Shown here in pieces: positions 36,461-41,941 of a stretch of DNA of 41,941 nt (positions within the stretch are counted from its first letter, which is position 1; each line of letters opens with the position of its first letter). The notes below the pieces were generated by a model. It worked only from the letters and a program-made list of their open reading frames with translations, was not told where the DNA came from and ran no database searches. The stretch is from positions 1 through 41,941 of the forward strand of contig NIVC01004560.1 in assembly GCA_002269645.1 (NCBI GenBank). The letters are read 5' to 3'. The position numbers were made by a program, and so were the translations under genes. This stretch comes from Macrostomum lignano. Taxonomy: Eukaryota.

Positions 36461-36651
36461 CAGTGGCGCAACCAGGGGGGGGCGGGGGGGGGGGGGGCGG
36501 GCCCCCCCCCTTAGGCGGAGACCCAGAAAAAATTGAAGGGGGGACCAAGCGAATTTTCGCCAAAAACAGAGCCTCCCCTCCGCCCCCTCCCTCACGGGAC
36601 TTTACCTTCCAGAATCCGCCCCCCCTCAAAAAATTTCTGGTTGCCCTACTG
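36461..36651. mobile_element. hAT-type MITE, 191 bp, with 8-bp TSD
   Basis: TIRs CAGTGGCGCAACCAG / CTGGTTGCCCTACTG. TSD CTTGCTCC at 36453-36460 and 36652-36659. Confidence 0.85.
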
Positions 36652-36988
36652 CTTGCTCCCTTCCTCTGACATCTCTCCTTTCGCCTCTCTCCTCTCTCCC
36701 TTTATCTCCCTTCTTTCTCTCATCTCGCCTCTCTCCTCTCTTCCCTCCTCTCACATCTCACATCTCTCCCCTCTCCCCTCCACTCTCCTCCTTCTGGCCC
36801 GCAGTCTTGAGCTAGATTCTCTATCTGGCACTTAAAGTAAAATAGTTAGCCAATCCCTCGCAAGGAATTTCGATCATTACAATGAGCAAAAGTTGACATT
36901 AACAAAATTTTGGCGGGCGCGTTGTGCCAAGCCTGAACAGCTTCTCTAGACAGCACTCTGTGCTCTCCAGAATTACTTGAACTGTTAG

Positions 36989-37106
36989 CAGTGGCGCAAG
37001 CAGAATTTCTTATGTGGGGGGGGGCGGATTCTGAAGGGTAAAGACCCAAGGGGGGCGGAGGGGTGGCTCTGTATTTTGGCAAAAATGCGCTTGGTCCCCC
37101 TTTAAT
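36989..37106 (-). mobile_element. Truncated inverted copy of the 36461-36651 MITE
   Basis: Its reverse complement aligns by eye with 36535-36651 (GGGGGACCAAGCG...GCCAAAA...CAGAGCC.CCCCTCCGCCCCC...CAGAATCCGCCCCCCC...TTGC...ACTG). Confidence 0.75.
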
Positions 37107-37534
37107 ACAGCTTGGCAAACCTGATTGATTTTCCGGGATTTCCCCTGTCCTAGTTGTATTTCTCTAAAATTCTGGAAGATAAATCGAGATTCTAGATAAT
37201 AGCTGCATCTAAGATTAGTTTGTTTTGCTATCGCATTGTACCGTACAATTAATTATTGAAAATTTTAAACCTTTGCTGGCATACGCATATGTTATCTTTG
37301 ACCTTACCTGTTGTTTAATAGGTAAATTATTACTGTATGGAGGTACATGTAGATATAGGCATTTTGACTGTCAACTGTCCACCCCATACAAGCATACGGC
37401 TTTCAAATAATTATGCAACCTTGTGCAAGGGTATGCCGCCTACTTACATGTAAAACTTTGAAATGAGTATTTATTTACGCCACTATCCAAGGGGGGGGGG
37501 CGCGGCCGCGGGAGACCGACAGCGGAGACCGCCA

Positions 37535-37963
37535 CAATTTGCCCGCCAGACAATTTGCCCGCCAGACAATTTGCCCGCCAGACAATTTGCCCGCCAGACA
37601 ATTTGCCCGCCAGACAATTTGCCCGCCAGACAATTTGCCCGCCAGACAATTTGCCCGCCAGACAATTTGCCCGCCAGACAATTTGCCCGCCAGACAATTT
37701 GCCCGCCAGACAATTTGCCCGCCAGACAATTTGCCCGCCAGACAATTTGCCCGCCAGACAATTTGCCCGCCAGACAATTTGCCCGCCAGACAATTTGCCC
37801 GCCAGACAATTTGCCCGCCAGACAATTTGCCCGCCAGACAATTTGCCCGCCAGACAATTTGCCCGCCAGACAATTTGCCCGCCAGACAATTTGCCCGCCA
37901 GACAATTTGCCCGCCAGACAATTTGCCCGCCAGACAATTTGCCCGCCAGACAATTTGCCCGCC
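37535..37963. repeat. 16-bp tandem array (CAATTTGCCCGCCAGA)n, about 27 copies, bracketed by a 15-bp inverted repeat
   Basis: Perfect array. GACCGCCACAATTTG (37527-37541) and CAAATTGTGGCGGTC (37994-38008) are exact reverse complements. Confidence 0.95.
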
Positions 37964-38917
37964 GCCCTATTTCACCTTGAATAGAACGGCGATCAAATTG
38001 TGGCGGTCAAATGTACTCGTAGATGTAGTAGACCCGGCGGCCGCCCCCTTTGCCATGGCTGGACTTGCATATAAGGGGGGTAAATTTTGAGCTTACTTTG
38101 GCTTTTTAGACCAAAACAAAAATTTGGGCAAATCTGCCCCCACTACTTTAAAAATCCTGAATTGACCACCAAATCGGACTCATCTAAATGAAAACTTAAG
38201 AATACAAGCAACATTGTACATGCGCTAGTGCTTAAGTAGTGGAGTATTAAAAAATATATTTTTTGTTGCGTTGATTTCGAAGATCAAAAGGTATTACTTA
38301 TAAGTAGGTAGGCTAAAACGCACACTTTTGCGTTCACATCCAATTTCTGAAGTGTATGAAACTCAGAAAAATTTGCACGAGTCGCCTATACCCCACTTTG
38401 GAGCTTGCAGCAATTTTTCAAAGAGATGGCTGCTCAAAGGGTTAAAAGTTCAAGTTAGCTGTAGTATGAGGATTGGTCAATGCAAATAAATAATGAGCTC
38501 ATTATACAAGAAAATAATTAATAAGGATATCAATAGTTCGCCCCACTGTCCACTGCACGTACTGAAAGGCGTACTGTCAGGTTCGAGCACAAAAACACCC
38601 GAAACTAAAAAAATCAACTTTAAAAATTCTGCTCTTTACATAATTTCCTCACAAAAATATTTCATACGTACAAAGAAGAAAACCTACAAACTTTTATCTT
38701 GCGGGATGGGGCGTACCCTTGAGGGCCGCCGGGGCGCCGGCCTAGAGGGTACGCCCCAATTTTTCTAACCACTGGGTATGAATAATTGAATTCGAGTGTT
38801 GGTTCCTGTTTAGCAAACGATCCCAGACATGTATAGAGGCCTCTGCATTTAAAGCCTTATATTTGGTCTGGAAAGGCTTTATTAGTGCCGGAGGTCCTTG
38901 GGTGTAGCTATATCAGT

Positions 38918-40382
38918 TTAGGCATCGAATGCATCATCCAGCACAGCTGAAACACCCAAGTCCGTTGTTGTGGACACCGGACAGAGCTGGAGTCTGGGGC
39001 TGCGCGGATTTCTGACGCCTCGGTGTGGGAGGCGCATCGTTGGTGGCTGAGCGGGTGGCCGGTAGCAGGGCACCGGGCTGTAATACTCAAACTCGGACCG
39101 GTCAACGTACAGCAGCACTTCCTGCTCGCCGCTTCGATAATATCGGCATAAAATCTTTCTACGTCGTTCAGTCAGCTCAAAATGAATTCGGGTTCGGTAA
39201 GCTCGATAAGACAGAATGATGCCGTCGTCCAGGTGAAAGCCGGCCACGAGTTCATATTTTGAGTCTGCTTTCTGGCCGAGTTTCTCGTGAAATTTTCTGC
39301 GCAATCGTTGCGCCCGAGCCTCTTCCATGACGTCCGGCTCGCGGAAGGCGGCCAGCGCAGCTAAACGGCGTCGGCGACTTCGACGAGAGCCGGTGGAGCC
39401 GGAGTCCGCCCTGCCGCACCGGCCGTGTCCGCCGACAACGCCGCCGACGCCTCCGCTCAGATCGGCACCGCCGCTGCCGACGCCTCCGCTGGGTTCAACG
39501 CTGACAATCCCAGCTGCGGCTGCCGTGAGAGCGTTGGCGACGGCCGGCACGGTGGGCACCACGACTCCTGGGATGCGCTTGAGCTTGATGCTCGGCAGGT
39601 CGGCTTCGAGCAGGGCGCCTGGTACACCTGCTGGGAAGGAATTCGACAAATAAGATCGGTTGTGACCGTCATTTCAGAGCATTAGTTTCCAAACGCGAGA
39701 AAAACATTTTTCATATTAAAACGCCTTAAAACTACTTATGACATGGTTTTTCAAGCGTATAGTTAGTAGTTAAACCAGTAAATAATCTAAAAGAAGTATG
39801 GTCATGGCTTGTCAACAGATTGTGCGTATAAGAGTAATATGTGCATATACTGTACTATACTACACTACACTACACTACATACATACATGCCTACATGCAT
39901 ACATACTTGCATACATACTACATGTATGCTTGGGTTGGATATCCCTAGACAAAATATATAACACATATGCAGGTTTTGTGTAACAGCCCATGAGACCAAT
40001 TATAACAAAGATTGTACATCCTATACTGTAGTAGCTTTGGTGTATTACGTGGGGGTCATTTTATTGCGGCTGAACTCAGATTTCTTTTGAATAAATTAAA
40101 AATATTACGTATTGTCGTGTTTTAAACATAGAAAAAAACAAAATAGAAGTTTTAGAAAAATTATTAAGTCAAAAGTATATAGCTTCAAAATAGAATAGCT
40201 AATAAAAATCGTTTTTAATCAAATTTGATTTTGTCTTTTTTATTGAAAACGACTTTCGAAAACAAGTGGAACTAGAAAACATTTTTGACTTTTTCCCTAC
40301 ACTTGCCAACTCCGTGCGGTCGAAGACTGCCACCGCGGCTGCTACCTCTGGAGCCCATCGGTTGAGCTGTCGGTGGCGGCAT
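38918..40382 (-). CDS. Orphan candidate gene, 2 exons, about 264 aa, unknown function
   Basis: GC-rich ORF 38918-39649. Acceptor TTCCTTCCCAG at 39631, and an upstream exon 40382-40301 starting ACCATG (MPPPTAQPMG...GVGK) with a phase-matched GTAGGG donor. No family recognised. Confidence 0.45.
39849..39925. repeat. (TACAC)n/(TACA)n low-complexity microsatellite
   Basis: TACTATACTACACTACACTACACTACATACATACATG... within the putative intron of the orphan gene. Confidence 0.7.
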
Positions 40383-41038
40383 GGTTGCAGAGCTTAGAGA
40401 CAGGTGAAACGGATTAAAATAGTCTCCTTGAATGTCCTCTTTGTCCTCTGAATACAGTTGTTTTCTGCTTGCTTCTTGTCCTTTTATATTCGCTCGTACG
40501 TCTGAATATGCAGATTTCCGGCACCGCAATTTATCCCACTTAAGCCAAAGTCACTTCGAATTGCATGCCTCTGAGAAAGGACAACTGGTCCACCAGGGCA
40601 ATTACAGCTGGGATTTGCGGCTTGTTAGCGGCTGAGCGTCGAACAGTTGGGAAGCAGAAATGACGATTTCGTAATGGTTCTCTTGCTTGAAAAGATTGTG
40701 ATGCAAAAATAGATGTTCCAGACGGATCTTGTTTGACTTTAGATTGCCTTACTTCAATAGTACAGCCTGCAATGAAAGATGGTTCGCATTTCCAGGGGCC
40801 AAAAGATTCGATCCAGGGTATTGCACTCTTACGAGCGTATGAAGTTTTACTAGCTCGTACGAGCTTATCTCTACTTCTTTAAGAAGCTGTACTCATCAAC
40901 AGTCAAAATTGTCCCTGTCTCTCAGTTGAGTGGCACGCTTGTGAGACGCTTGTTGAGAACAACCATTGACAGAACAAGGTCTACTCGTATGTTTGAGGAA
41001 GAAGCGATTTAAGAAGAGTCCATTTATCTGTTGACGCA

Positions 41039-41280
41039 ATGGTTCGACGAATAACTGACGGAGAACGCTGGTATGCTCGATGCCGCGGTTTGTCGATTCA
41101 AGAAGTTGCCCGTCGATTTGGTCGATCCCACTCAGCAATCCGCATGCTGTACTTTAAGTCCATGGAGACGGGAGTGTGGCTCGTTGCGGCAAAGAACGTC
41201 ATGATCTATGCAGCACCACTGTCAGAGCCAACCAAACAACTCGACGGCGGGTCAAGAGGGCTGCTTCATTCCAAAATCAG
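41039..41280 (+). pseudogene. Degenerate Tc1/mariner transposase N-terminal HTH remnant
   Basis: MVRRITDGERWYA..GLSIQEVARRFGRSHSAIRML..K..ETG resembles the Tc1-type paired-like HTH. It continues in a shifted frame (ARCGKERHDL..VRANQTTRR). No DDE region follows. Confidence 0.55.
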
Positions 41281-41505
41281 ATATTCGATGCTTGGTGCCT
41301 TGAATATAATCGTTTTTTATGGAATTTAAGACATGATTTAGCCATAGATGGTGTTGCAAAAAGCTCGTATTTTGAATTGACTTGAATCAGCATAATTGTT
41401 TGAAAGTATTCACTTTTTTTCTGCACTAACTATTGAAATGGAAATACATGGAGTTATTTATTTGAAAAGCATCTTCAATTATGCTGCAGCAAACAAAAGG
41501 CACAT

Positions 41506-41941
41506 AATTTCATCTTACCTAGTTATGATGGTGCTGTTCTTTTGCAAAACTTCCGAGAGTCTGCTGCAGCCGTCTGTTCGAATCTACGTTTACCAGCAGG
41601 TGTGCATGAGCAAAGGAATATCCTTAGCCGTGTGCGAGTCGCACTCCCAAGGCGACTCTCAATCAAAGAATCGACTGCACATGACGGACGAACAGCAGAG
41701 TATCGTTCAGCGTACGGCATCCAAATACCTCTTGGCCTACCGCATGCTGTGAACCTGCCGGCTGTGTTCTTCAGCGTGTTCGCCGGCTCGTGGAGTGATC
41801 GAGTTGGCCGCAAGTATCCCATGATGCTGCCGCCGTTGGGAGCTATTTTAGCAACAGTTTGCTACCGCGCTAGCAGTGCAATCGATGACTCCAAAATCTA
41901 GGCTGGGTGATGGCCGGAGCCGCAGTGTACGGCTTTTTCGG
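41506..41941 (+). CDS. SLC46 (PCFT/HCP1-like) MFS transporter, N-terminal part, with indels; runs off window
   Basis: ...LLQPSVRIYVYQQVC...AVC...IVQRTASKYLLAYRML + NLPAVFFSVFAGSWSDRVGRKYPMMLPPLG (MFS motif A, SLC46 style). Indels at about 41749 (-1), 41865 (+1) and 41893-41896 (+1) restore ...YALAVQSMTPNLGWVMAGAAVYGFF. The start is uncertain. Confidence 0.75.

Larger units (their letters stand above)
28645..38776. mobile_element. CMC/EnSpm (CACTA-type) DNA transposon, about 10.1 kb, two genes
   Basis: Termini CCCAGTGG...CCACTGGG, each flanked by TA (28643-44, 38777-78). Both ends have GC-rich subterminal motifs (GGTACGCCC, CGGGGCGCCGGCCT). Encloses an EnSpm-type transposase and an accessory gene. 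The TIR is only 8 bp, so the right boundary is less certain. Confidence 0.68.

Noticed and set aside
29634-37963. CRISPR-like arrays (54-bp and 16-bp repeats)
   Set aside because: Head-to-tail repeats without unique spacers, no cas genes, and an intron-containing eukaryotic context.
37440-38090. Six overlapping ORFs across the 16-bp array
   Set aside because: The unit has no stop in any frame, so ORFs arise automatically. There is no coding context.
36459-38776. CCCAGTGG at 36459 as the partner of the right terminus
   Set aside because: It belongs to the 191-bp MITE, which has its own TIR and 8-bp TSD, and it lacks the subterminal motifs and TA flank shared by 28645 and 38776.

Overview
Eukaryotic (metazoan) genomic DNA with GC-rich exons and short AT-rich GT-AG introns. 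The coding style would fit a free-living flatworm such as Macrostomum, but that is only an impression. Positions 1-26812 hold the 3' part of one giant cadherin gene on the + strand. By hand I reconstruct 40 exons and about 15.2 kb of coding sequence (about 5,080 aa). They encode about 43 complete EC repeats, a membrane-adjacent non-EGF/non-LamG domain, one TM helix and a spliced tail ending in a class I PDZ-binding motif (NTAL*), i.e. a CDH23/PCDH15/CDHR2-like architecture. The ectodomain contains a 10-EC, 9-exon macro-repeat in three copies. Their centres are nearly identical, introns included, while their junction regions are clearly diverged. Positions 28645-38776 look like a roughly 10.1 kb CMC/EnSpm (CACTA-type) DNA transposon. 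It carries a DDE transposase and a divergently transcribed 6-exon accessory gene (782 aa, intact by manual splicing), plus nested hAT-type MITEs and a 16-bp array. The right end holds an orphan two-exon candidate gene, a Tc1-like HTH remnant and the start of an SLC46-family transporter. Single-base indels, mostly in short base runs, interrupt several unrelated genes and suggest long-read consensus errors. All splicing, translations and family calls were made by eye without database searches.
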